This document shows, piece by piece, positions 1 to 8,503 of a stretch of DNA of 19,158 nt. Each line of letters begins with the position of its first letter. Within the stretch, counting starts at the first letter, position 1. A program made the position numbers and the translations under genes. The DNA comes from a bacterium (GTDB lineage Bacteria > RBG-13-61-14 > DATKZS01): NCBI GenBank assembly GCA_046484135.1, contig JAWOBU010000219.1, positions 1 to 19,158 on the forward strand. The letters are read 5' to 3'. The notes under the pieces are model-generated. The model searched no databases. It saw only the letters and a program-made list of their open reading frames with translations, and was not told the origin of the DNA.

Positions 1-59
1 CCAGCTCGGAGGATAGGGCAAGGCAGGCGTTCGACCCGAGCGCCGAGGCTGGTGGCTAA
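1..59 (+). CDS. 3' end of an upstream CDS (partial, product unknown)
   Basis: The frame starting at position 3 reads SSEDRARQAFDPSAEAGG* (TAA 57-59) and is followed directly by a GC hairpin. Too short to confirm. Confidence 0.35.
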   Translation, partial: SSEDRARQAFDPSAEAGG

Positions 60-60
60 A

Positions 61-107
61 CAGCGGGGGGGGGCGGACATGTTCCGGCCTTTTCCCTTTC
101 CCCGCTG
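61..107 (+). terminator. Possible terminator or 3' hairpin
   Basis: CAGCGGGG (61-68) pairs with CCCCGCTG (100-107) just after the putative stop. No clear U-tract. Confidence 0.3.
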
Positions 108-254
108 GTAGCCCGAAAGCGCTAAACGCGTCTTCCAGATCGCCTTCTAAGAATCTGATTAACAATAATAGATTTACCTCACATCCAAGGGCATCCGGCA
201 TTGCAGGTACCATGAAACCGGAAGAGCCAAACTTTTCGAGAGAGAATAAACTCC

Positions 255-291
255 ATGCGAGTGAGCTCATCGCGGCTAAAGCCGCTCGCAC
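255..291. repeat. Degenerate REP doublet (GTGCGAG family)
   Basis: The reverse complement of 269-291 is GTGCGAGCGGCTTTAGCCGCGAT, similar to copies at 10482, 11462 and 11866. The truncated left arm ATGCGAGTGAGCTC resembles 10255-10268. Confidence 0.65.
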
Positions 292-396
292 ATATCACAT
301 CATTTCTACAGAAAACAATCATTCATAAAGGCAAACTTATACTGCGCTTTACTGCGGAATCACCGGCAGCTTGATGTAAGAAGGACGTTCGCGATG

Positions 397-419
397 ATCG
401 AGACCGGGAGGTCTCTCCC
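397..419 (-). repeat. REP-like palindrome; empty-site homolog of 10281-10332
   Basis: ATCGAGACCGGGAGGTCTCTCCC matches 10281-10291 plus 10321-10332 with one mismatch. Confidence 0.7.
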
Positions 420-493
420 TCCATGCGGTCAACCTTTTTGCAAGAAGCTCTCAAGTTTGAAAAATGGGAAAACTTCACCCTGAAAAGCTCTAC

Positions 494-522
494 TTGACGG
501 GCAAGCCAAAATAAAATAAATT
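494..522 (+). promoter_or_regulatory. Sigma70-like promoter
   Basis: TTGACG (494-499), 17-nt spacer, TAAATT (517-522) in an AT-rich context. Predicted TSS about 529. Confidence 0.55.
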
Positions 523-527
523 AAAAA

Positions 528-836
528 TTAAGGTCCATCAAGATTAAGCGTACTTTCGTGCTGACGCAGACCTTAAAAGCACAATCCGCGACTTTGTCAA
601 GGGGCATGCCCGCGCGTGAGCGCGGCTCCCTTTGGGAGCCCTTGACAAAGTCTTAAACGGATTATGCTAAACTGGAATTTGTAGGGTACAAAGAAAATAG
701 CTCTTGGCGCAAGCCGGACAAACCGGCTGGGTAAACAACGTAAACATTGTAATATCCCGAAATACCAAAAGTTCATTTTCTTTGTTCCCCAATAAAATAA
801 TCTTCAAACTCCAGGTTCAAGTACGCTTAATCCTGA
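528..836. ncRNA. Candidate large structured ncRNA or 5' leader (unassigned family)
   Basis: Nested stems: 538-555/819-836 (17 of 18 paired), 578-588/658-668, 590-603/639-652 (14 bp perfect), 672-681/805-814 and 688-698/775-785 (11 bp perfect), plus internal hairpins. Confidence 0.5.
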
Positions 837-881
837 AGAGCCAAAATTAAAGGTAAGCGTTATCTTACACGGAGCGTTACC

Positions 882-1667
882 ATGAGTGACAAGACCATGA
901 TCCGGAGCGAGTTCTCCGAAGACGGGCCCCTCCCGCCCGGCTTACTGGTGCAGGTGACCTTCCTCTCCGGGCCGCTGGAAGGGAAGTCCATGAAGCTCCA
1001 TAAAAGAAAGAACACGGTGGGCCGCGACAAGGGCGACATAGTTCTCCAGGACAATTCCGTGTCCGGCGAGCACGCCGAGATCGGTTTCGAGAACGGCCGG
1101 CTTTACGTCCAGGACTTGAACTCCACCAACGGGACCCTTTTGAACGGCGGCCAGGTATTTGAGGCTTTTATAAACAGCGGCGACGAGATAACCTGCGGGG
1201 GCACGGTGTTCCGGGTGGACATAAAACAGAGCGCCCAGAGCGCGAGCTGGGCGAGCCTTGGGGCGGAAGAGGCCGAACAAGAGCAGGAGGTAGACGAGAA
1301 CGAGACGACCCAGGTCCTGGAGGAGCGGGAGGGCAAGGACCCGCTGGAGGGCCAGCTTCCCCCCGGTGCCAAGGCCGGTCTCCAGGTAACCGCGGGTCCG
1401 GACTCCGGCAAGAAGTACATCCTGAAAAAACGCGGCGTGGTCCTGGGAAGAAGCGGCGACTTTCAGCTCTCCGACCCCGGCGTCTCCAGGAAACACGCCT
1501 CCATCGAGTTCATGAGCGCAACCCGCGTCATAATAAAAGACCTACGTTCCACCAACGGCACCTTCCTGAACGACAAGTGGGTATCAGTATCAAACCTAAG
1601 CAACGCAGACATGATCACGCTGGGAAACACCACCATCAAGTTTTTCCTGAGCTTGCCGGAAGGATAA
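882..1667 (+). CDS. Tandem (two) FHA-domain protein
   Basis: Two FHA signatures (VGR...SGEHAEI...DLNSTNGT and LGR...VSRKHASI...DLRSTNGT) joined by an acidic linker. GGAG RBS upstream. Confidence 0.92.
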   Translation: MSDKTMIRSEFSEDGPLPPGLLVQVTFLSGPLEGKSMKLHKRKNTVGRDKGDIVLQDNSVSGEHAEIGFENGRLYVQDLNSTNGTLLNGGQVFEAFINSGDEITCGGTVFRVDIKQSAQSASWASLGAEEAEQEQEVDENETTQVLEEREGKDPLEGQLPPGAKAGLQVTAGPDSGKKYILKKRGVVLGRSGDFQLSDPGVSRKHASIEFMSATRVIIKDLRSTNGTFLNDKWVSVSNLSNADMITLGNTTIKFFLSLPEG

Positions 1668-1881
1668 ACCAACAAGTCGGACTCCAGCTATCTACGGGAA
1701 AACCGCTTTTTTTATCCGGAACTTAAAAAGTGGCGGCAGGACCCGGGTCCCTCCACTTCCACCTCTTCTTTAACGGTTGAAACAGCGGCGGACTACCATG
1801 AATTAAGTAACAAGGGCTCACAAATCCAGGCGTCCCTGCACCGGGCCTGTGTCATTACATAAAAGTTGCCCATGCCCAGCC

Positions 1882-1911
1882 TTGACAAGGGCCGGATACT
1901 TAAAACATAGT
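1882..1911 (+). promoter_or_regulatory. Possible sigma70 promoter for addBA
   Basis: TTGACA (1882-1887), 18-nt spacer, CATAGT (1906-1911). Confidence 0.35.
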
Positions 1912-1985
1912 GAAGGGGAGAATCAGGATGTTGTTCTTTAACGTGCCGGCGCAAGCGGCAAACAAACCTACTCGGGGGAGGACAG

Positions 1986-4900
1986 ATGCAATCAGGTCTT
2001 AACCGACAGCTTACCGAGCTCGCCGAGGTCTTCAAGCGCAACCGCACGGGCGAGAAGTGGATCATGTCGCCTTCCCTGCGCACCGGCTTTCAGTGGCTGG
2101 ACCGGCTTTCCTGGCAGGGGGCGCCGGTACTGAACGCCCGGGTGAAGACCTTTGCCGGGCTGGCCCTCGAGCTTGCTTCCCCCGAGATGGAAAGGCGCGG
2201 GCTCTCTTATGTAAGCGGGCTGGGCTCGGAGCTCTTGATGGACAGGGTTCTCGCTCGACTTCAGGGGCCGGGAGAAGGCTATGTTTTCGGCCTGGCCAGG
2301 ACCCCCGGTCTTGTCCGGACTGCTCTTCGCGGAGTGTCCGATCTCCGGCTGTCGGGTGTTTCCGCGGACACGCTCCGGGAGAGCGACTTCGAGGTCGGCG
2401 CTAAAGGCCGGGAGATCAAAGAGCTGCTTGTCGCTTTCGAAAAGGAGCTCGACAAGAGATCGCTCCTGGATTACGCCGGGGTGCTTGCTCTGGCGGTCTC
2501 GCTCCTGGGTGAGTCGCACGGTCGGTTTACGGAAGAAGTGGAGATCATCATCCCCTCCGACCTGCACGAGGGGCTTTCCTATATGGAGCGCGAGCTGTGG
2601 AAGAGCTTCCCGGAGAAGTCCCGCTCAGCGGTGGGGGTTGATCAACCGGGTGCGGCCCGCTCCGGTCCTGTTTCCGACAGCGGCCTGCTGGGCTGGATCA
2701 ACGATCCGGCGAACGCTCCCGCTCCGAACGAGGACGGCAGCGCGTCGCTTTTCCGGGCGGTGGGAGAAGTCAACGAAGTCCGGGAGGTCCTCCGCCGGCT
2801 CGTAGAAAACAGCATTCCTTTTGACCAGGTCGAGATCATCCATACCGACTCCGAGACCTACGTTCCTCTCCTCTACGAGCTTTCCTGCCTGCTCAGCCCT
2901 TTGGGGGAGGGGTATCTGCCGGCCACTTTCCAGGAGGGGATACCTTCGCGCTACTCGAGGCCGGCCCGTGCGCTTCAGGGTTTTATCTCCTGGATGCGGG
3001 ACGGATATCCTCAATCCACGCTGGTGCGGATGATAGAGGACGGGCTGTTGAACCTGACTTGGGAAGAGGGCGAACCTCTGGTTTACAGCAGCCTGGCCGC
3101 TCTTTTCCGGCGGGTCCCGGTGGGCGGAGGAGCCGACCGGTACCTTCCGCTTTTAGAGAGGGAGATCAAGCTGCTCTCGGAAAGGGGAGTGTCCCGTTCG
3201 CGGGATGATGAAGAAGGTCCCGGCCGGGAGGCCCGAACTCGGAAAGCAAGGGAGCTCGAGTCCCTGCGCGAGCTGGCGGGTTCCTTGCTGGAGCTCGCCG
3301 GTCCGGAGGAAGGCCCGGAAGCGTTTCTGCAAAGCGCGGCCGCCTTCCTTGGGACGCACGCCCGGTCGGTGAACCAACTGGACGAGTACAGCCGCCGCCT
3401 GTTGTTGCGGAACGTGGAGGAGTTGCAAGACCACCTGGAAGAGGGCCTTCCCGGGCGGGACCTCCTGGAGTGGCTGGAGGAGCTCTCCCGAGGCGGCATG
3501 GTGGGCGGTCTGGGCCCTCGCCCCGGCTGCTTGTATATCTCGCCTCTTTCCGGCGGCGGTCATTCCGGCCGGCCTTACACCTATATCATCGGCCTGGACG
3601 AGTCCCGCTTTCCGGGAGTCGGGTTCCAGGACCCGCTTCTCCTGGACAAGGAACGAAACGCAGTTTCCGAGCGCCTTCCCACTTCCTCGGGCCGTACCGA
3701 GCTGAAGACGCAGGGCTTTGCCCGGCTCCTGGCCCGCCTGCGGGGGCGGGTCACCTTGAGCTACTCCTGCCGGGACCTGGAGGACGACCGGGACATGTTC
3801 CCCTCCACTGCAATGCTCTCCGCCTTCCGCATCCTCTCCGGCCTGAAAGAAGGCGTCCTGGACGAGCTTTACAGGTGGCTTCCACCCCCGGTGTCCTTTG
3901 CCCCGGAAGACGAGAAAACATGCATTGACTACAATGAGTGGTGGATACGCCGCATGTGCGGGGACACCGGCATCAAGGACCCGGAGATCATCCTGGCCAA
4001 GCACTTCCCCCACCTGGGTCGGGGGTTCAAGGCCCGCGCCGCCCGAGAGAGCAACAGGTTTACCGAGTACGACGGATACGTGCCCCGAGCGGGAGAAGAC
4101 ATTGACCCTGCCCGCAAGGAGGGCATGGTGCTCTCATCCTCCAAGCTGGAAAAGATGGGCAGGTGGCCGCTCGACTTCTTCTTTAAATATGTACTCAGGA
4201 TCGAGCCGCCGGAAGAGTACGTCATGGACCCCGAGGTCTGGCTCGACCACCTCGAGAGAGGAAGCCTCCTCCACGAGGTGTTCCGAAGGTTCATGTCCGA
4301 GCTCCAGCGGGACTCGGAACTCCCCGGCGCTGAACGGCACATGGACCGGCTCATGGAGATAGTCCGGGAGGAGGCGGAGAAGACAGCGGAGTTAAAGCCC
4401 CCGCCCGGACCGGACGTGTTCGAGCGGGAGAGAAACAACCTTTTGCAGTGCGCCCGCATTTTTCTCCTGGAAGAAGAAATTTATTGTGCAAGCGCGCGGC
4501 CGGTGTTTTTCGAGGCCTGTATCGGTCTTCCTTCCGACAAGGAGTCCACTGAACTCGACACCTCTCATCCCGTGCCTCTGCGGTTGCCGGATGGAAGAAG
4601 CGTGCGGGCCTGGGGCCGGCTGGACCGGGTGGACGAGCTGGTGGAGGAGGGGCGCAATAAGTTCGCGGTGTGGGACTACAAGACGGGCAGTAAAAATCGC
4701 TACTCCCTCGAGGACCCGTTTCAGGGCGGCCGGGTGGTCCAGAACGCTCTTTACCTGGACCTGGCCCGGTCCCGCCTTTCCGAGCTTTATCCGGGGGCCT
4801 CGGTGGTCCGGTTCGGATACTTCTTTCCGGGAACAGCGCTGCACGGAGAGAGGATTTCCTGGAGCGACCGCGAGCTTGAGGGAGGAAGAGAAGTGATCCA

Positions 4901-5093
4901 GGAGCTTTGCGAGCTCATGGCCGCCGGATGCTTTCCCGTCTCGGATATAAAGGACGACTACAAGTTCTGCGACTACCGGGAAGCCGTAAGCGAAGAGGAG
5001 AAGTCTTTTATAAACTCCAAGCTTTCCAACCCGGAAAACGAGATGTTAAGGCCCTTCCGGAAGCTGCGGGGTCTGGAGGACAAGGATGAGTGA
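1986..5093 (+). CDS. addB: AddB/RexB-like subunit: inactive helicase scaffold with C-terminal PD-(D/E)XK nuclease
   Basis: 1035 aa. Motifs IIGLDESRFP, LSSSKLE...P..FF.KYVL, ERGSLLHEVF, GRLDRVD...VWDYKTG and VQNALY. GGGGAGG RBS. Overlaps the addA-like start by 8 nt. Confidence 0.85.
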   Translation: MQSGLNRQLTELAEVFKRNRTGEKWIMSPSLRTGFQWLDRLSWQGAPVLNARVKTFAGLALELASPEMERRGLSYVSGLGSELLMDRVLARLQGPGEGYVFGLARTPGLVRTALRGVSDLRLSGVSADTLRESDFEVGAKGREIKELLVAFEKELDKRSLLDYAGVLALAVSLLGESHGRFTEEVEIIIPSDLHEGLSYMERELWKSFPEKSRSAVGVDQPGAARSGPVSDSGLLGWINDPANAPAPNEDGSASLFRAVGEVNEVREVLRRLVENSIPFDQVEIIHTDSETYVPLLYELSCLLSPLGEGYLPATFQEGIPSRYSRPARALQGFISWMRDGYPQSTLVRMIEDGLLNLTWEEGEPLVYSSLAALFRRVPVGGGADRYLPLLEREIKLLSERGVSRSRDDEEGPGREARTRKARELESLRELAGSLLELAGPEEGPEAFLQSAAAFLGTHARSVNQLDEYSRRLLLRNVEELQDHLEEGLPGRDLLEWLEELSRGGMVGGLGPRPGCLYISPLSGGGHSGRPYTYIIGLDESRFPGVGFQDPLLLDKERNAVSERLPTSSGRTELKTQGFARLLARLRGRVTLSYSCRDLEDDRDMFPSTAMLSAFRILSGLKEGVLDELYRWLPPPVSFAPEDEKTCIDYNEWWIRRMCGDTGIKDPEIILAKHFPHLGRGFKARAARESNRFTEYDGYVPRAGEDIDPARKEGMVLSSSKLEKMGRWPLDFFFKYVLRIEPPEEYVMDPEVWLDHLERGSLLHEVFRRFMSELQRDSELPGAERHMDRLMEIVREEAEKTAELKPPPGPDVFERERNNLLQCARIFLLEEEIYCASARPVFFEACIGLPSDKESTELDTSHPVPLRLPDGRSVRAWGRLDRVDELVEEGRNKFAVWDYKTGSKNRYSLEDPFQGGRVVQNALYLDLARSRLSELYPGASVVRFGYFFPGTALHGERISWSDRELEGGREVIQELCELMAAGCFPVSDIKDDYKFCDYREAVSEEEKSFINSKLSNPENEMLRPFRKLRGLEDKDE

Positions 5094-8000
5094 AAAAAGG
5101 GAAGGGCCTCCCGACCGGGACCAGCGGGACCTAATCGTAAGCGAGCTCGGGCGGAACCTCCTGGTCGAGGCTGCCGCGGGGACCGGCAAGACCACCAGCA
5201 TGATTGACCGGATGGCGGCGCTGCTCCGCTCCGGCGAGTGCGGGTCCATAACCACCCTGGCCGCAGTCACCTTTACCAGGAAGGCCGCGGCCGAGCTGCG
5301 GGGAAAGTTCCGCGTCCGGCTCGAGCACGCGGTCTCCGAATCATCGGGAGCGGAGAAAGAACGGCTCGAAAAGGCCCTCTCCGACATAGACAAGTGTTAC
5401 ATCGGGACCATCCACAGCTTTTGCTCCCGGCTTCTCAGGGAGCGGCCGGTAGAGGCGGGAGTGGACCTGGCCTTTACCGAGTTGGAGGAGGAAGATGATT
5501 ACCGGCTTCGGAAAGAAGCCTGGCGCGAGTATATAAGCCGACTGCGCACAAATGACCCGGAAGGGCTGCTGGAGAGCCTGGAGCACCTGGGCCTCGACCT
5601 TCAGGAGCTTATGGGATTTTTCATAAACAATTTCTGCAACTACCCGGACGTACAGGAGTGGCCGGCGGAAGAAGGCCCGGGGCTTACCGGGTTTGCACAA
5701 ACGGTCCGGGAGATCGAAAGCTATATTGACGACATGCGGGAGAAGGCGAAAAAGCTCCCGGACGACTGCGGCAATGACAAGCTGATACCCAAGTACAAGA
5801 GCATTCCCAGGATAGCCTCTCATTATACCGACCTTTACGAGCCCGCCCAGTGCGTAGAGGTACTCTCACGTTTTACCGGCAAGCTCGGTGTTACTCAAAA
5901 GGTGTGGGCCGGAACCGGCCACTTCACTACACAGGATGCCAAAGACGAACACCAGAACTGGTTGGACTTCCAGGAGCAGGCGGTCAAGCCTGCCCTGCAA
6001 AGGTTTTACGAGGCCCGCTATCCCCTGGTACTCAAGGTCTTTGAGGAAGCGCGGGACATCTACGACCGGCTCCGCCGGGAGAGCGGCAGTCTCAACTACC
6101 AGGACCTTCTCATGAAGGCGGCTTCGCTGTTGAAGGACAAGCCGCATATCCGCGAGTACTTCCGGGAGCGCTACACTCACCTTCTGGTGGACGAGTTCCA
6201 GGACACCGACCCGATCCAGGCAGAGGTCATGATGCTACTTACCGCTGACGATCCCGGGCAGACCGATTGGAGGAAATGCAATCCCCGGCCCGGATCGCTC
6301 TTCGTGGTGGGAGACCCCAAGCAGTCCATCTACCGGTTCCGGCGGGCGGACATCATAACCTATAACGAGGTCAAGGAGATAATCCAAAAAGGAGAGAAAG
6401 ACTCCGCTGGCAGGGTCGTCTCCTTGAGCGCCAACTTCCGGACCCGGGAGGACATAATCGAGTGGGTGAACCGGGTGTTCGAGCCCGGCGGGTCTTCGCA
6501 AGAGAGCGAAGAGGAAAAGCCGGAAGAGGGCATGGGCCGCTTTCCGGGAGAGGAGTCGGATGAGTCGCCCGCCTGGGTGGCGCTTCAGCCGGGTCGGATC
6601 GAGTCAACCGAAGGCGAGCTTTCCGGCATCTATCAGCTTACTATTCCGGAGGAGTGCACCAACAAGGAAACGATCATAGACTACGAGGCTGACCGGATTG
6701 CACGAACTATTGCCGAGGCGGTGCACGATCAAAAGCGCCTCCCGAGAAGCCGGAAGGACCTGGAAGAGGGAGTAAGCCCCTATGCGGGTTACGGCGACTT
6801 CATGATTGTAACTCCCACTAAACAAAATCTGAGCGCCTACGCCCGCAAGCTCCAGGAGTACGGCGTCCCCCACCAGGTCACCGGCGGCGCCGCTTTAAAC
6901 GAGGTCCGGGAGCTTCGGCTTTTATACAAGGTGCTTATGGCGGTGGTCCGGCCGGACGATCCGGTGGCCCTGGTGTCGGTGCTCCGGAGCGAGCTTTTCG
7001 GTATCAGCGACGCATCGCTTTACGACTTCAAGCGGGCGGGCGGGCGGTTCAATTATCGTTCGCAGGTTCCGGAAGGACTTACGCCGGCGGACACGCAGTC
7101 CTTCGAGGACGCGTTTATGCGGCTTCGGCGTTACTCGTCCTGGCTGTCTCTTCTTCCGCCGGTGTCGGCGTTCGAGAAGACGGTGGGCGACCTGGGTCTT
7201 ATGGTGCTGGCCTCCTGCCGGCCGGGAGGGGACGTGGAGGCCGGAAGCATGGCCAAGGCAGTCGAGCTTGTGCGCCGGTTCCAGGGCCGGACCTGGTCTG
7301 GTTCCCAACTGGTCTCTTACCTGGGCGAGCTGGTGGACCAGGCTGAGAGGTATGACGGCATATCGGTGCGGCCTTCCACCGACGCGGTGGTAAAGGTCAT
7401 GAACCTGCACAAGGTCAAAGGGCTGGAAGCGCCGGTGGTGTTTCTGGCCGAGCCTTACGGAAAAGTCAAAATCTCCCCGGAACTGTACGTGGACAGAAGC
7501 GCAGAGAGAATAACGGGGTACATGCACTTGTACAAGCGCAACCAGTATGGACAGAAAGGCGATACCATAGCCCGGCCGCCGGGATGGGAGGAACTGGAGA
7601 ACAAAGAAAGAAGTTTCCAGGAGGCGGAGCAGCTTCGGTTCTTGTACGTGGCCGCCACCCGGGCCGGCGCCGCCCTTGTTATCACCCGATATGAAGAGAA
7701 AAACAGAAAGAAAGACAAATACAGCAGGTGGAGCTTCTTCGAGCCGTATCTTGCGGAGGTCCCCGAGCTGCCCGAGTCGGGCGAGGTCGCGCCCGCGGTC
7801 CGTCCGGAGGAGCTTCTGGACACCAACACGGTAAAGCAGGCGCACCAGGAGATAGCGGACCGGATGGAGCGCGTTGCCAGGCCCACCTATGTCTCGCGGG
7901 CGGCCAAGCAACTGGCCATCTCCGAACGAAGCGAGCAGGAGCCCCACATTTACGAGCAGGCCCCCGGTACGGAAGAGCCGCAGATGTCGGGCGAGCACGG

Positions 8001-8469
8001 GGTCGAGTGGGGGTCGGCCGTCCATGCCCTGCTCCAGGTGGCCATGGACGTGCCGGACGCCGATCTCGAGGCCCGCGCCAAATCCGTGCTGGCCGAGCAG
8101 GGCCTGTCCCCAGACCTTTCCGAAACCGCGGCATCAGTGGTCCGGGAAGTGATGTCCTCGGAGCTCTGGCAGCGGGCCATGCAAAGCAAAAGGCACCTGA
8201 CCGAGGTCCCGTTCGAGACCAGGCTGGAGAGCGAGGACGGCCCGCCGGTCCTGGCCCGGGGAGTGGTGGACCTGGCATTTCAGGAGGAAGACGGCTGGGT
8301 GCTGGTGGATTACAAGACCGATGCCGCGGCTCAGGCGAAAAACCTGGCCGACCATTACGCTCCGCAGATCGAGATTTACTCTCGGGCCTGGAAGAGCCTA
8401 ACCGGCGAGCCGGTAAAAGAGGCGTCGCTTTACTTCATCCGGTCCGGGGAGGTCCACCGGGTGCTTTAA
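5086..8469 (+). CDS. addA: AddA/UvrD-family ATP-dependent helicase-nuclease
   Basis: Walker A AAAGTGKT, TFTRKAA, TIHSFC, VDEFQD, VGDPKQSIYRFRRAD, HKVKGLE and YVAATRA. C-terminal RecB-type nuclease GVVDL...VDYKTD...QIEIY. Confidence 0.92.
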   Translation: MSEKREGPPDRDQRDLIVSELGRNLLVEAAAGTGKTTSMIDRMAALLRSGECGSITTLAAVTFTRKAAAELRGKFRVRLEHAVSESSGAEKERLEKALSDIDKCYIGTIHSFCSRLLRERPVEAGVDLAFTELEEEDDYRLRKEAWREYISRLRTNDPEGLLESLEHLGLDLQELMGFFINNFCNYPDVQEWPAEEGPGLTGFAQTVREIESYIDDMREKAKKLPDDCGNDKLIPKYKSIPRIASHYTDLYEPAQCVEVLSRFTGKLGVTQKVWAGTGHFTTQDAKDEHQNWLDFQEQAVKPALQRFYEARYPLVLKVFEEARDIYDRLRRESGSLNYQDLLMKAASLLKDKPHIREYFRERYTHLLVDEFQDTDPIQAEVMMLLTADDPGQTDWRKCNPRPGSLFVVGDPKQSIYRFRRADIITYNEVKEIIQKGEKDSAGRVVSLSANFRTREDIIEWVNRVFEPGGSSQESEEEKPEEGMGRFPGEESDESPAWVALQPGRIESTEGELSGIYQLTIPEECTNKETIIDYEADRIARTIAEAVHDQKRLPRSRKDLEEGVSPYAGYGDFMIVTPTKQNLSAYARKLQEYGVPHQVTGGAALNEVRELRLLYKVLMAVVRPDDPVALVSVLRSELFGISDASLYDFKRAGGRFNYRSQVPEGLTPADTQSFEDAFMRLRRYSSWLSLLPPVSAFEKTVGDLGLMVLASCRPGGDVEAGSMAKAVELVRRFQGRTWSGSQLVSYLGELVDQAERYDGISVRPSTDAVVKVMNLHKVKGLEAPVVFLAEPYGKVKISPELYVDRSAERITGYMHLYKRNQYGQKGDTIARPPGWEELENKERSFQEAEQLRFLYVAATRAGAALVITRYEEKNRKKDKYSRWSFFEPYLAEVPELPESGEVAPAVRPEELLDTNTVKQAHQEIADRMERVARPTYVSRAAKQLAISERSEQEPHIYEQAPGTEEPQMSGEHGVEWGSAVHALLQVAMDVPDADLEARAKSVLAEQGLSPDLSETAASVVREVMSSELWQRAMQSKRHLTEVPFETRLESEDGPPVLARGVVDLAFQEEDGWVLVDYKTDAAAQAKNLADHYAPQIEIYSRAWKSLTGEPVKEASLYFIRSGEVHRVL

Positions 8470-8503
8470 AGGCGGCCGGCTTTTTCCTTGCCGGTATTAT
8501 CGG

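Noticed and set aside
573..585. 13-mer TTAAAAGCACAAT shared with 9695-9707
   Set aside because: Only two copies, non-palindromic and AT-rich; chance cannot be excluded.
538..836. Retron msr-msd (a1/a2 inverted repeats)
   Set aside because: No reverse transcriptase gene in the window; the adjacent gene encodes an FHA protein.
1986..8469. Novel helicase-nuclease defence system or Cas4 locus
   Set aside because: Size, order and motifs fit housekeeping AddAB, and there is no defence or CRISPR context.
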